NCBI RefSeq assembly: GCF_006345805.1
Contig: NC_043017.1
Span: 16,678,001-16,742,000 of the forward strand
Source of the DNA: Octopus sinensis
Taxonomy: Eukaryota
Reading direction: 5' to 3'
DNA length: 64,000 bases
Positions 48,591 to 62,559 of the stretch are shown here, one piece after another. How positions within the stretch are numbered: position 1 is the first letter of the stretch; each line of letters starts with the position of its first letter. Both the position numbers and the translations under genes were made by a program. The notes beneath the pieces were generated by a model that saw only the letters and a program-made list of their open reading frames with translations, did not search any database and was not told the DNA's origin.

Positions 48591-51500
48591 GGCGCGGTTG
48601 TGTAGGAGGGAAAAGTAAATCAGGTTTTAAAATATTTGCTATGGCTTTATTACGTAACGATTAGAAGTGTGGGGGGGGTATTTTCTAAAGCCACCTCCTA
48701 TGTTAATTAATCTGTTAATGTCTTCCGTTCATTGTCTTAGTAAGTCTCAAAAATACATACCAGATCGTATCGAGCACAACGCCCAAATAATTGCGTTTTC
48801 TCAACTCATAAAGCTAATCCAACATTTTAAGCGAATAAAAATTAAATTCATTTTACATTTCTACTTCAAAATAAATTCACATATAACCACAGACCACATC
48901 GGGTTTATTTACACACACACTCACTCCCCTTAATGGCCAGATCACTATCGATTTCTTTCCTTTTGTGACTTTTATCTATTGATTATTCGTTTCCAATGTA
49001 ATACAAGACAAGATAATGCTCGATCGCTTTTACGAAGCAGAACTGATCAAACTATATTATTTATTTACCTATTCACTCAGTCTACTTGTTATTAAAATGT
49101 GGATATTAAATATTATTTTCTTATTTAAATAAAACTATTTTGAGAATTTCTTTCACAAACATGGATTTGTTTTATACACGTAAAACCCATTATCTGGGTC
49201 GATTAATTAAATTTTACACAATTTAGCTTCTACTAATATCGACCTTTTGGACACTTAGTAAACGAAGTTTTAAAAAAAATCTTGATTTACCTACTCCTAT
49301 TTCATTCACACCTGGTTATTAGCAAAAGGTGCGAATAATAATAAAGACGTAGGAAAGATTTTTCATTTAAAAAAGGACAATATTGAAAAACTTGAACGAT
49401 TGTCACAATTCGCTGTTTACGAAATCTCAGGGACGCCCCACCCCAACGAGGAAGATAAACAAGTGTCACATTTTTGCGCCTTTCCCATTTTGTTTCAGAA
49501 AAAAAACTTCTCGGAAAATGCATATTTTTAAATGAAATATTACACAAATCATTTTCAAGGGTGTAAAATTACTGTCAACATTAAAAATTTTATTTCAGAG
49601 GAATTCGGAATCAGTGTTCCACCCTTTTGTTCATATTTAAAGAAATACATTTCCGAGTGTGTTGTTAACGTAATGCAATTCTTTTATGTTGATATTTTTA
49701 GACATTTAAATCTGAAAAACAAGTGGAAAATGTTAAAGTTACAAAAAAAAAAAAAACTGTCAAAGAAAAAAATTTATAAACAAAATCATTTTACACACTC
49801 GAAAACCTATTCCCGCAAAATTTAATTAGGAAAACAAAAAGTTTTCGGAAAGTTACGAAGAAACAAAATCGGCGCATCGACCCATAGTTTTGCCAATAAA
49901 CATAAAACGGTTTTATGATACAAAGAATCAATTCTGTTAATAGAAACTCTGAAAAATATTCCATAAAAAATACAAACCTTTAAAGGGAGGTGTGTCGAGG
50001 ATTTAGAGTGAGGGACGTAGGAGCGGTTGTTTCCCTTGGAATACGAACCCTGCACCACCTGCTAGAAATAGTAGCCAAATTTACCGTCAAACTACACCCT
50101 ACTGTCTCAAAATAAAAGTTCGGTCTACCCACAACATATCCCATACTATTTACACGTGTAGTCTGGTCAGGTGAGCGGAGGAATGGTTATATCTAGGAAA
50201 ATAGATCTTGATTAACACCTCATCTCAGTTTCACTTTTGACCCGAATAATTCCGCTTTGTTTCCTTTCTAGTTTGACCGCGATTTTGTACAAGGAAAGAT
50301 ATTTTAATTTTTCTTTTCTTCCAATTCATGTTGCCACCTGTCTTCGAAATGTTTAAGAGGAATAGCTAGTGACTTGATGGTACCATAGCATTTTAAAAGA
50401 AATTTCCTATCACCTTTACCTGTTGCTTAATTAAGGTAAGGTGTGATGAGTTTCGTTTAGTTATCGATCAAACTCAGAAATGAAATGACACTAAAAAGTT
50501 GTCTTTTTTTCTATAAAACTGAAATATTATTTCGATATTGTTTGTATATAGAAAAGAAATGGCTGGGCTTTTTACATGGCAAAGCACCCGAAACAACAAT
50601 TTGTTATCGTCAAATCGAGGAGCTTGATTGCAAAGAATTATGTCGCACAAGATATTGTGCATGGCCTAGTGTTTGCAGCGTTGCACACCGGATCGTGGGT
50701 TCGATTCCCGCACCGGACTTTTTTTTTTTTCATCAAAACACTTCATTTTACCGTTGCCCCGCGATCATTTCGGCGTCAGACATGTGGCACTCGGTGCCCC
50801 TATAGAGGCAGAGTTGATTTGATGGATAGAGTGTTTTTTATGTGCAATATAAACACCTAATCATTATCAACAGTCACCTGTGCAGGTTTTTCAGTTAGAA
50901 ATGCAGAACCGTCTTCCTTGGGCTCGAAAGACTACCATTTTAGGTTTTTTTTTTTGTTTTGTTTTGCTTTTTTAAGCATCATTGGTGTTTAATTCATAAT
51001 TCAGAGGTATTCTCTGAGGAATCGGTGGAGAATCGCCAAACATTGCCTCGTAAAATTTATGTCTTTGAGGGTAGCAGCAACAACAGCGGCAGCAGCAACA
51101 TACATTCAACAGTAGGGTCCTTGACTAATCCTTGGATTTTGCTTCCTTATTAAAAAGATTATAATGAAATATATCAAAAGTATTTTATTAAAAAAACTCT
51201 GGATTTTATAATTACCATTTTGTAACATTACGTTTGGGTTTTGATTCATTTCAAAAAATTCTTGCATCTTTATTTCACCAAATTACGATACCTTTTGATT
51301 TCGGTAGTTTCACTTTCGGATCATTAAACGAAACATCGCCTCTACTCTTTCCTTCTTTCTACCCCCCCCCCACCCCAGACTGCATTAAGCAATGTATCCT
51401 ATATTTTCAAATTTCAAGGAAATGTAGCTGCTATTTCTTGCGTGTCTGGAGGCCAACATAGTGCTTAGTTGTTTCTTCGTTAATTAACCCCGATAAAACA

Positions 51501-52292
51501 AACATGTAATTTGAAGAAATTTGGCTGCTATTTCTATTTGAGTCAGCGACTACATGGTAGCTGTCACGGTGGCTCGTGAAGGCTTTGCGAAAAGTTAATC
51601 CTTCCTTAGAAAAAAAAGGAAGTGAAGGGTTAGAAACTGGGAGGAGTGGGGTGGAATTTCGTCCTACGCGGGTACATGCATGTGCCAGGGTGCCCTTGGT
51701 AGCAGGCAGGAGTGATGAAAGGGTTTTTTGTGGACAATTAGTGAGGTGTATGTGTATAGCAGTATGTTTAAGTACTTAGTGTTGCTTAGTGTGAGTGACT
51801 AAATGTTTCAAAGATGTGTGTAGGATGGTGGGAGAGAATGTACAAGTGTGTCATGGAAGGAAAGCCTAGGAACAAATCCGAGATAGTAAATGACCAAGAT
51901 ATTAAAAGTCCGAGAAGATATACTATACCTCAAAAGAAGGTTAGTAAGAACATTTTTCTTTTAAATGTTGGAAGATAGATAGGTTTGTGTGGTGGATTGG
52001 AGTGATAAAAAATGGCTGGAAAGGAAAGAAAGCTGGGACAAAGGGAAGGACGAGGCTAAAGAAGATGGACATGATCTAAGTGGTTATAGAGTCGGTAGAG
52101 GTCAAGCAATTGACGGACAGGTGGAAAAGAAAGCAGGGTGTGATTCAAAGGTGCAAATCAAAATTCCTCACAAGAGAGTAGATGTGTGTGTCCGTTTGCT
52201 GATTTGGATGTGTGTGTAGGTCAGGGACAAAAATGGTTGGTGAAGGAAGATGTCTACACAAGTGAAAGTTGTGTGTCTATATAAGAGGGACA

Positions 52293-52523
52293 GGCGGCAA
52301 GCTGGCAGAAACATTAGAGCACCGGGCGAAATGCTTAGCGGTATTTCGTCTGTCGTTATGCTCTGAGTTCAAATTCCGCCGAGGTCGACTTTGCCTTTCA
52401 TCCTTTCAGGGTCGGTAAATAAAGTACCAGTTTCGCACTGGGGTCAATGTAATCGACTTAATCCCTTTGTCTACCCTTGTCTGTCCCCTCTGTGTTTAGC
52501 CCCTTGTGGGTAGTAAAGAAATA
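52293..52523 (+). mobile_element. SINE family C, full-length
   Basis: ggcggcaagctggcagaa...gagttcaaattccgccgaggtcgactttgcctttcatcc...gtagtaaagaaata. Confidence 0.92.
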
Positions 52524-53099
52524 TATATGAGAGGGACGGTCAAGATCGGCCGGATAATGGAGCGTGTATGTAAAAATGATAAGCCTAAACCTGGAGCAGG
52601 ATGAAGGGTGCAAAGAGGAACACAAGTGGGATTCTTTAATAGGCAGTAGGGAAACTGGTGAGGAAGGATTGGTTCAAAGGATACCTAACAGAAGGCAAGT
52701 GTCTGTTCTCTCTAGACACAAGAGGTTGGACACCAAACTGAATCAAGAGAGGCCTTTGGTTAAAGTGATCAGAATGGAAATTTTAAGTGACAAGTGGTCT
52801 TTCACAAAGTTAGGTATATTCTGAGGTTCACTGCAAACTGGATGGATAGTTGACAGCCAGTTTACAGGATTTAAAATAGAATTGCAAAGGGAAGAATTGG
52901 AGTACAGAGACCATGTTGGAAGAATTTTCAAAAGGGTTGGCATATACAACCTGAGCACCTCTGCCGATCAAACTCCCAGCCCATGCGCTCCCGTCTGGAC
53001 ACTGATTCTGCAGAACTAGGTTGGGTATGAAAACCAACTTTAAAGTATAAATATTGATGTTTTTGAATCAGCAATGTTGTGTTCGGTTAAGTCCTATTT

Positions 53100-53547
53100 G
53101 GAGTGAAAAATCAATTAACTGATTCCTTATGGGGTTTTCTAATTAATGAGGATAAAAAATTTTTTTAAATCGACAAACCGATTCCTTATAGGACTTCCCA
53201 CTAAAATTGGCTACACTCCATTCTCAACCATAACTTTTACCAATTTTGATGTATTTTGTTCAAACCTGATGCCAGCATTACTTGGGACTCGTGGGATCTT
53301 TGAATGCTTTAAGTTCTCCAAAAATGAAATAAAAAAATTCGATGAGTAGAAAATAATCGATAAACCGATTCCTTATGGGATTTCCCAATCAAATTGTCTG
53401 CAACTCATTTTCAGCCAAAAGTTTACCAATTTCAATGGATTTCGCTTAAATTTGACATCAATGTTACTTAGATTGGTTTGAAATAAGGAGCTTGATTAGC
53501 TTAATAATCCTAACTTAATCTCAAGCAAAGCCGGGCTATACTGCTAG
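53100..53547 (+). mobile_element. Helitron-like element with internal ~200-bp sub-repeats; 5' end not located
   Basis: 3' end caagcaaagccgggctatactgCTAG|T resembles the 10599 terminus; aaaccgattccttat unit repeated. Confidence 0.6.
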
Positions 53548-53610
<63 letters not shown>

Positions 53611-53633
53611 GTTGTATACTGTCAATCTAATGT

Positions 53634-53735
53634 GAACGTGACAGTAGGGGGGTACACCACCACTGTTTAGCCCTAGGAAGCATCGACGCCTCCTGATGGC
53701 TTTGACACATTTTTCCTGTGTCCTTATATATTTAC
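53634..53735. mobile_element. Single arm of the 36661 foldback MITE
   Basis: aacgtgacag...tttagccctaggaagcatcga...ttgacacattt..cctgtg.ccttat. Confidence 0.8.
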
Positions 53736-55119
53736 GAAGGGGAGACAAACACCCCCAGCAGCCAGGCCTGCATCTAGAGACACACATGTTTCAGGATCAT
53801 TGTCCTTCATCGGTCTAGAGTAGCAGACGCCTGTCAGCCGTGGATATCTGTCCCGATTCGCAAATGTATATTTCTAATTTCAGTGAAGTTTATTCACTGA
53901 TTACCAAAATCAGAAATATATATATGGTAACAAAATGTCTTCATTATGGGATGTGTAAATTAATTGAACAGGGAATCGTTTGGCAATATACATAATACAC
54001 AGTACTAAAACAGAAACAAACAACATCAATGAACCTAAAATACATCAACAAAACTGACATTAAGAAACCCAATTTTATAAACAAATATTCATTAGTCAGC
54101 CTTTATAAAAATGCTGGGTTGAAATTTATATGGTTCTTGTGTGAAGTAAATTGCCTTGAATTCAAATTTACCTGGTGGATTGCAGATATGGCTTGATCAT
54201 AGGAAGAAGGGTAGCTTCAAATCAAAAATATAGTATGACCTTTGTTTGAAACAAAAATTAAAGAATTTTGTTTTCAAGGAAGCAATGGTCCGAACAAAAA
54301 GAACTGAACTGCTAGCAACTTGTATGCACTGAGCTAAATATCTTTTGTATAAGTACCAGTCTCTCTGACTTTCCACTTGGTTTGGCAATAAAAATGTTGA
54401 TTTCGAAATATTTCAAAAACTTGTATTTAAAATATTGCTTATAACAATGCAGTTTCATAAGGAGTTCTCAGAATGACCTCTCTTGCATGGCATTTAAGAC
54501 ATTTGGTGTATTCCCACAAAAGACAATATTCCCACAAAAGATAAAGAAATGAAATGAAACGCTAGAGCTTGAAGCAGCTTCTTTTACAGGTATTCTGCAC
54601 ATGATTCCTTTGAAGGAAAAAAGAAAAGCATTTTCTTGATAACTTATGTACATATCAAAATATAATCAAAGAGATAATTTGATTCTAATGTACAAAAGAA
54701 TATTCTACAGTTATGTATTGAGTTCGTTAATTTATCGATTTTCTGTGAATAAAAAGAAATTTACGTTTATATGAGGAATGGATTTTAAAACAAAGTAGTT
54801 CCAAGAAGTGTGGAGGTTGACTGGTGATGTACAATAGATACGGAATAAGGGCAGGTTCTGGTTCCATATGAACACAACAGGTGAATATGAGTGAAGTTAG
54901 AAGAGTGGAGCAATGTATGTTAGGAATATGAGAAGGTTTGACAGAGAGAGAGAGAGGGACTGGGTGCAAGAGCAGGGCCCATACATACACATTCACACAC
55001 ACCGGTTTTTATATATACAAAGGCATTGGCGATGAAATCTGGTGCTATGGCTACGACCCAGAAACGAAGCAGCAATTAAGTCAATGGAAGCATTCAATGT
55101 CACTACACCCACAAAAAGT

Positions 55120-55290
55120 GACATTTCGTTCATCTTTACGTTCTGAGATCAAATTCCGCCAAAGTCGACTTTGCCTTTCATTCTTTCAAGGTCGATAAAA
55201 TAACAGTTGAACACAGGGATTAATGTTATCAATTCACCCTTTCCCCTGAAATTGCTGGCCTTGTGCCAAAATTTGAAACCAATATTTATT
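55120..55290 (+). mobile_element. Partial SINE family C
   Basis: aaattccgccaaagtcgactttgcctttcattctttcaaggtcgataaa. Confidence 0.75.
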
Positions 55291-55903
55291 GATTATCACA
55301 TAACTCTCCAATGATATGTTTTGAGTGAACAGACCATAAAAAAGTTATAAATTATTACTTTTATGAGAAAGACTATGATTTTGAGGGTTAGTTTGTTAAG
55401 TGCTATGAATGAACCTCTCAGTCAATCTGTTCTTTCGTAATTTTCTGCTGATTTAAAAAATCATTAAAATACATACATGAACACATATAGTCATATAAAT
55501 GTATACACACACACATACATACATATAGATGTGGCTAGCTAGGGGTTTGTATCGAATGCTACACAAGTAAGCAATACACAGGGGTATTATCCAATCCAAA
55601 CCAACATTACATATATATATACACACACACATACATACACAAATGTATACACACAGTGAATTTGAATTAGAACTACTTGGGAAAGTAATAACCTGTCCAA
55701 AACGTGCAAGCATGAAAAGCGGTTTGTAAAACGATGATGATCTTTAGACAGACAGACAGATATACACATGCCTATATACATGCATAGGCACACACACACA
55801 TCCATCCATACATACATTTTCATAAAATTTATCAAAAAAATAAAAAGAACTGCTGAAATATTTTATAGACATATTTATTATTATTTTTTGTATATCGGAC
55901 ATT

Positions 55904-55910
55904 ATATATA

Positions 55911-55988
<78 letters not shown>
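55904..55988. repeat. (TA)n microsatellite; many other TA/TG/CA/AAT tracts occur across the window
   Basis: Direct reading. Confidence 0.97.
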
Positions 55989-55991
<3 letters not shown>

Positions 55992-57200
55992 TTATTTGAT
56001 TTTGCAGAATATTTGACAATTCTGACATTAAAAAAATTTAGACAGATACATGCATTGTGGGAGGAGGCCTGGAAGCAGTAGAGGAAAGCTATAAATATTT
56101 GCATTAATCCTGTGATCCAATAAATAACTACAAAATAAAGTGGGGATGTGTGGGGACTGAGCAACTGATGGTGGATGTGGAAATGCATTTAGACACGTTG
56201 GAATCATTTGATTTAGTCAAGCCATATAAACTATTCTTATAACCAGAAAGTATATGACCCCAGTTAGATAACTTGTACAGATTTTCTTAAACCAGAAAAG
56301 GGGAGAAGTAATGCCAACCATGGCAGGACTGCAACTCTGAACTGGAAGAGAAAAAATGAAATCAAGCAAAGTAATTTGTCCCAAAACTATGGCCTTCGTT
56401 ATGATCGCTGCCTTTATTAACAACAATAACAACTTGTAAAATATGCTAGCACAAGGTCATAAATTTGTAAGGGAAGGAATATATCACCTGAATCAACTCA
56501 GGTGAGATAAAGGAAAACAATTAATCCAGGCTGGATTTGAACACAGAATGCATCAGGACGGAATTAAATAGTTAAAGGCATATAAACTACTTCTGTCGAT
56601 CCACTGATGTTTTACTACAACAAAAATGTACTCTTATTTAGGCAAATGAAATTGTGTCACATATATGCATTTTCCAAGAGTAGTAATTAATTTCTTATAT
56701 TGACAGTGACATAGCAAAGGTGCACAGTGCCGTGGAGCGAAGACCCTTTTGGCATTCCCATCATAATTAACAAGTATGATAAGTCATAGGAAATTGAGCC
56801 TTTTCACATTTGTACTTAAAGAATAGGGGGGACTGTTTTCACTCCTAATTCTCTTGTTACACCTTGGGTATAAAGCCTCAAGTTTGAAAGGAATTATTAC
56901 GGACAGCTTTATCGACCACAGAAAGTTTTTATTTCATCAAATCTCCAACGTATCAGAAGCAACATGATAAGGAGAATGATAATTTCTAACTTAGATTCAA
57001 GGTCAAGAAATATGGGAGAGGTGAGATGTTGATTTAAATCAAGGATTCAGGTTTACCAACGCTGGAAGGATGATACACCAAGTGAGTCTTGAGTTTTTAA
57101 CTCTGAATGCATATGGACATAAAAATATTGCAGAGTAATTTGTTTGTTACTCTATTGATTTGCCAGTCCTCTGTTCCAACAACAACAACAACAACATATA

Positions 57201-57711
57201 TAGATGTTTTCGATCTAATTTGGATTGTTTGCCATCAAATTTGAATTCTTTGCAATCAATGCTCAAGCCTTGAAAAAAGAGAGTTAAACTACATCAGCCG
57301 TAAGGAAATACATGTCTATCTTATCTAACTCGTCCAGTAGAGCCCACCAATTTATATCTGAAAAGTTCGATGAAATAACTCAGGAACACTGGCGATAGCT
57401 TCTACCAAAAGATGCTCTGTTCTGAACCGGTCTGAACAAGGGGAGATAATAAACGAATGATTCTTTTTCTATTATCTCCCCTTGTTCAGACCGGAGCATC
57501 TTTTGGTAGAAGCTATCGCAGTGTTCCTGAGTTATTTCATCGAACTTTTCAGATATCAATTGGTGAGCTCTACTGGACGAGTTAGATAAGATAGACATGT
57601 ATTCCCTTACGGCTGATGTAGTTTAACTATCTTTTTTTTTTCAAGGCTTGAGCACCAATTAAAAAATTCAAATTTGATGGCAAAGAATCCAAATTAGATC
57701 GAAAACATCTG
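57201..57711. mobile_element. Large foldback MITE, Tc1/mariner-like (TA TSD), ~250-bp arms
   Basis: ta|(T)AGATGTTTTCGATCTAATTTGG...CCAAATTAGATCGAAAACATCTG|ta; short spacer 57452-57469. Confidence 0.9.
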
Positions 57712-58240
57712 TAATATAGATATATATATATATTCACACACACAAATAGTGATACAGTACTCTCCATGAATTTTCTTTCGCAAGATCTAGGCATGACGAT
57801 AAGATGTTAAGTGTGTGTATGTGTTGTGTGTTATCACTTTTCCATGCTTGCATAGATGAGATAAAATTCACTGAGGGAGATTTTGTACGACTGGATGCTC
57901 TTCCTGTCATCAACTTTCACCTATTTACAAACAACCTAATATTTCCCTCGACCTTTGAACATGAGCAATAAAATGGCCTTCACAGGAGATAGCAACGAAA
58001 AACATTTGTATGACGGTGGCATATATGATAGCAAGATGAAAGAAAATAAACACACACACACAACAGGCTTTTTTAGTTTCTGTCCACCAAATCTACTCAT
58101 GATATTTTGATCAGCCCAGGACTGTACAAAAAGACACTTGCCTAAAATGCCATGCAGAAGAACTGAACTTGTAACCACAGTTGGAAAGCAAACTTACTTG
58201 ACCACACAGCCATGCATGCTTCCAAACACACAAACGTATA

Positions 58241-58648
58241 TCTCTTTTACTCTTTTACTTGTTTCAGTCATTTGACTGCGGCCATGCTGGAACACCGCCT
58301 TTACTCAAGCAAATCGACCCCGGGACTTATTCTTTGTAAGCCTAGTACTTATTTTATCGGTCTCTTTTTTGCCGAACCGCTAAGTTACGGGGACGTAAAC
58401 ACACCAGCATCGGTTGTCAAGCGATGTTGGGGGGACAAACACAGACACACAAACACGCACATACATATATATATATATATATATACGATGGGCTTCTTTC
58501 AGTTTCCATCTACCAAATCCACTCACAAGGCTTTGGTCGGCCCGAGGCTATAGTAGAAAACACTTGCCCAAGGTGCCACGCAGTGGGACTGAACCCGGAA
58601 CCATGTGGTTCGTAAGTAAGCTACTTACCACACAGCCACTCCTGCGCC
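58241..58648 (-). mobile_element. SINE family A; an older diverged 5' half lies adjacent at ~58050-58218
   Basis: Full-length reverse complement. Confidence 0.93.
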
Positions 58649-59197
58649 TATATATATATGGTACTGCTCTATTCAATTTACCAACAACTCACAGTAATTT
58701 TTTTCATGGCACCAGAAGAGTTGCCTTGTGGTACACAAAGTGAAAGGAAGAAACAAATTTATTATAGTGGAGAGAATAGCAGGGGGGGATAATGGAGGAA
58801 AGAGGGAAGACAGGAAGGAAAAGAGTAATGTCAGGGACCAATATAGAAGACAGCAGGAGACAAAGTGGTGAGGTGGATTGAATAAGTGGATCCAGTAATA
58901 AGACAAGCTGGTTGGCTTTCCATACTTGCACGGGTTGGGCAGTTTGGTCAAGGATCCATGTCAATTCTTATTGGAGTTATCATAGGTTTATCACTGAAAG
59001 ACGGAATTGAGGGACAGACTAACAGAGACAGTGCTTGGGAAGTGCATAATAGTTGAGAGAGGGAAGAAGTAGTGCCAGGGAGAGAGAGACAGAGAGAGAG
59101 TTAGAGAATGATGAAGATGGTGAGGTGGGTTGAGTAGCAAGAGGGGTACTTGTAACACATGCTATATAAGGGTGGGATGGAACCTACACTTGCCTCC

Positions 59198-59526
59198 TTA
59201 TGAGAGCTCAAAACCTCGTGGAAGCGTCATCCAACAAAAGGACAAATATATGGGAAATTACCACCTGTGTCATCTCTTATGAAAGGTAGAAGAGTCCAGT
59301 TTGCTGGACAATGTTGTAGAGCTGAAAACGAGGCAATTTCTACTCTTCTCCTCTGGAAGCCATCTGCTCGCAATACCAGAGGGTGCATACTCTCCTACCC
59401 TGATGTAATCTCCAGGGATACAGGCATCCAGCAACAAGGACCTCCGTAATGCTATAATGGACTGTGAAGTCTGGCGTAGCATGGTAAATTCCATTGTCTC
59501 AACCACGGTCAAACAATGATGATGAT
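59198..59526 (+). mobile_element. RTE-like LINE 3' end
   Basis: WKRHPTKGQIYGKLPPVSSLMKGRRVQFAGQCCRA...LLLWKP...YPDVISRDTG, then a (TGA)n tail. Confidence 0.85.
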
Positions 59527-61350
59527 AAGGGTGAGTAGTAGTGTATGGGGGCGAGGTTATGTGATGAAGAGGAATCAGAGCATGTCCTCAAGGTAACATG
59601 TCTAAGAGAGTGTTAGAACAGAAAAATCAGGGAGGGTGGTTAAAGATTGCCAGAGTGCAATCCTTGCACGCTCAAACTTCAAACTTCAGAAAGCTGGAGC
59701 AAGGAGGGGCCAAAAGATATGAATGGTTAAGGTAGGGGTTAGGGATATTTATAAATATCTGAATATATAGAAATACTTAAATACACACATTCACACACAT
59801 AAATACGTTAATGCTTGATTTTATGCCAAGTAACAACCCTCAACATGAATCTGATGGATTGCTCAAAGCTTTTTAGAATACAGGTTTATTAAACTTTTAC
59901 ACAGAAAAGGTTGACAATGGAGTTTCAGCTTGCTCACCAACAGGTATGGTCAGCTCACCAACAGGTAAGGTCAGCTATGCCTCACCTCCTTTCACGGATG
60001 AAAAGAAGTACCAATTCAGGATGAGAGACTATTGGAAATTGCAAGGAAATCAGACCAGATGCCTTGTAGTATTTGTTTCAGATCTTCCTGTTCTGAGTTC
60101 AAATCCTGCCATAGCCGAATTGGGTGGTAGACTTAATCAGTTGCACAATTAAGACCACCACCACCTAATACTATGGATGCCTTTGGTCTGCTCTATTGCA
60201 AGTAGTCTCTACTTTGAGGACATCCCCCCCCCCCCGTCGCTAGTCATGGGGTGATTAAAAGGTCTTGGGCAGAACCTACCCACTTGACTTTAAAAAAAAA
60301 GAAAAGACACAAATTTGAACAGGTTTGACTGACTTTTGGAAAAGTTTTCCCTTACGATTATTTCCTTCTTTCATTTCTTTTTTATTCAGATGTTTTGGAC
60401 AACAGTGATGCACTGTTTTTTTTTTTTCTTTTTTCTTTTCAAAATTTCATTCTTTCACATTTTTGGCCCCAATTGTTAAATTTCAGTCTGGTCCCCTTTT
60501 GTTGGAAGAATTGGATTTTTCTTCCTTTTGTGGTATTCTTATGGTTGGAACTATTGAAATTTCCATTCTTTAAAAATAGAACAATTGTAATTTCATTCTT
60601 TCATATTCTACCCTCCATCCCCCCGCCCCAGTACCCTCATAATTTTCCAGAGGTTCTCTCCTGGACAAAGTACATACTCAACACATAGAGGGTTGCATCC
60701 TAAACACTGGCATTTCTCATTGGAGTCAAACAATATTTCAAATCCTGACAACTGCTGGCACACTACAAATATCAGTGGGGTATGTAACGACTCCATTATG
60801 CACCCACAATCTGAACTGCTCTTGACAAGGGCCCCTCTAGTGATTTGCCTTAAAATCAGATGGATATGCTGCAGCCCATGTGCCCAAGCATACTCTTTCT
60901 CTCTCTCTCTCTCGTCCTTGCCTTTTGTATCACTACCGTAATAGCCCTTGTTCCTTGGAGGAAACTAGTTTTATAGCTTTCCATGGGTGATGGGAGATGG
61001 GGTGGTTAAAATGTCAAGAAATAGAATTTTGGAAACTTTTTTTTTATAGAATAATCCCAGTTGCCCAACAAAAGACTGGGAGTAAAGCCAGACCAAAGTT
61101 CTGGAGTTGAGGCAAAAATGTGATAAAATGGATTTTTCAAAAGAAGTAAAAGTGGAGAATTAAGGAGAATTATGAGAAGTATATAAAAATATGGCTTTGT
61201 TGAAATATCGAAATAAAAACAAAATATTGCTTTGACATTTTTAATTAAAATACTTAGATTATTAAAATGTTTTGTTTTTTTTTATCTTATAATAGACAAG
61301 CTTTTCAAATGAAAGTATAAATTATAAATTTATAAATCATTGAACCTTAA

Positions 61351-61561
61351 CCATTAACATTTAAATCAGCCACATCTGATCCAAATATCCCACCTACCCT
61401 ACAATGCCATATCTGGCCTCTCACACCTACTCTACAATGCCATTCCAAAATTATACAGACATCAGCGAAATCGCAATGCTAAGAAGATAATGCACGATTA
61501 ATTCAAAACAGTTTGAATAAATAAGCACTACATTTGATAGAGTAAGCGGAATGCTAAAGGT
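61351..61561. mobile_element. piggyBac-like MITE, diverged
   Basis: TTAA flanks; homologous interior with a duplicated cacctac.ctacaatgccat. Confidence 0.75.
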
Positions 61562-62559
61562 TTAATTAATGTTTTTTTTTAAGTGTTGTTTTTAATTAAA
61601 TAACTTAAATGGTCATCAAAATATTTCATTTATCCTTGTAATAGTTGTTACTTTTAAAATGAAAATATTTTTTTCTCCCTGAAATAAATACTATTTCATT
61701 TTCATTTTGACACTTAAAGAAAACCACAATATTTACTTAATATATTCTTATACTTTATACATGTATACGACACCCAAATATTAAAAAATATGCTGCAATT
61801 CTCTACATTTCCTTGAGAAAAATTTTTCTTATCAGAATGGTAAATTAGAAACTCATTTCGAAAAGTAAACAGAAAAATTATTTGTAAGTTTTCAGAAAAG
61901 AAATTTATGAATGAAGATGTCTGGCTATTGCAATGATATACAAAAATCGAAAGGCCACTAGCTCTGAGGTACCTTCACAAGGTAAATGGATTTTGCACTT
62001 ACATAAAATTACTTAGCTGATGTAAATGTCATACGATGGGCCTCACTGTCGTTGCCCAATCTGCTAGAAAGTGGGGCCAAAGCTATTTTTAACAACATTA
62101 ATGGACAAATGTTCAGATACAATCACACACTTCCATATTAAATAACACAACAGCATAAATACAAACAACATCTTGAAAGGTAAGACAAAAATAGGGGATT
62201 CTAGAAATTTAAAACAAAAATCCCAAGTTTTCAAAACAAAAATAAAGGAAGGTCAATATCAAAATTTGTTTTTTCCCAAAACATGAGTAGACAGGAAGTA
62301 AAGATCACAGTGAAGAATTGTTGAAGATTTGTTGGAATAAGATGATGGCCTTGCAGAAGCCTTCAAAACGGACGCTTGGAAATCAAGTTGTTTCTGAAGC
62401 TATATTCAAATTGGAATCGTTAGAGTTTTGCAATATTTGTTTTAGACCAAACTTGACTGCCCCAAAGATTGGCTGACATAGAAATACAGGACCCTGTTTT
62501 ATGATCACTTGCTCCTACAAGATACATACACAAACAATATATATATATATCTGCTTGCG

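Noticed and set aside
14300-51050. Further CUGANGA...GAAA-like strings at ~14305 (+), ~26150 (-), ~44560 (+) and ~51015 (+)
   Set aside because: Each lacks at least one core element or stem I pairing, so they are compatible with chance or extreme decay.
52560-53020. Possible second Penelope RT relic on the minus strand
   Set aside because: Only a vague motif resemblance (STIHPVCSEP), too decayed to support.
54171-54630. Small minus-strand exon candidates near 54171-54216 and 54600-54620
   Set aside because: Several mutually exclusive frames fit, and the choice cannot be made from sequence alone.
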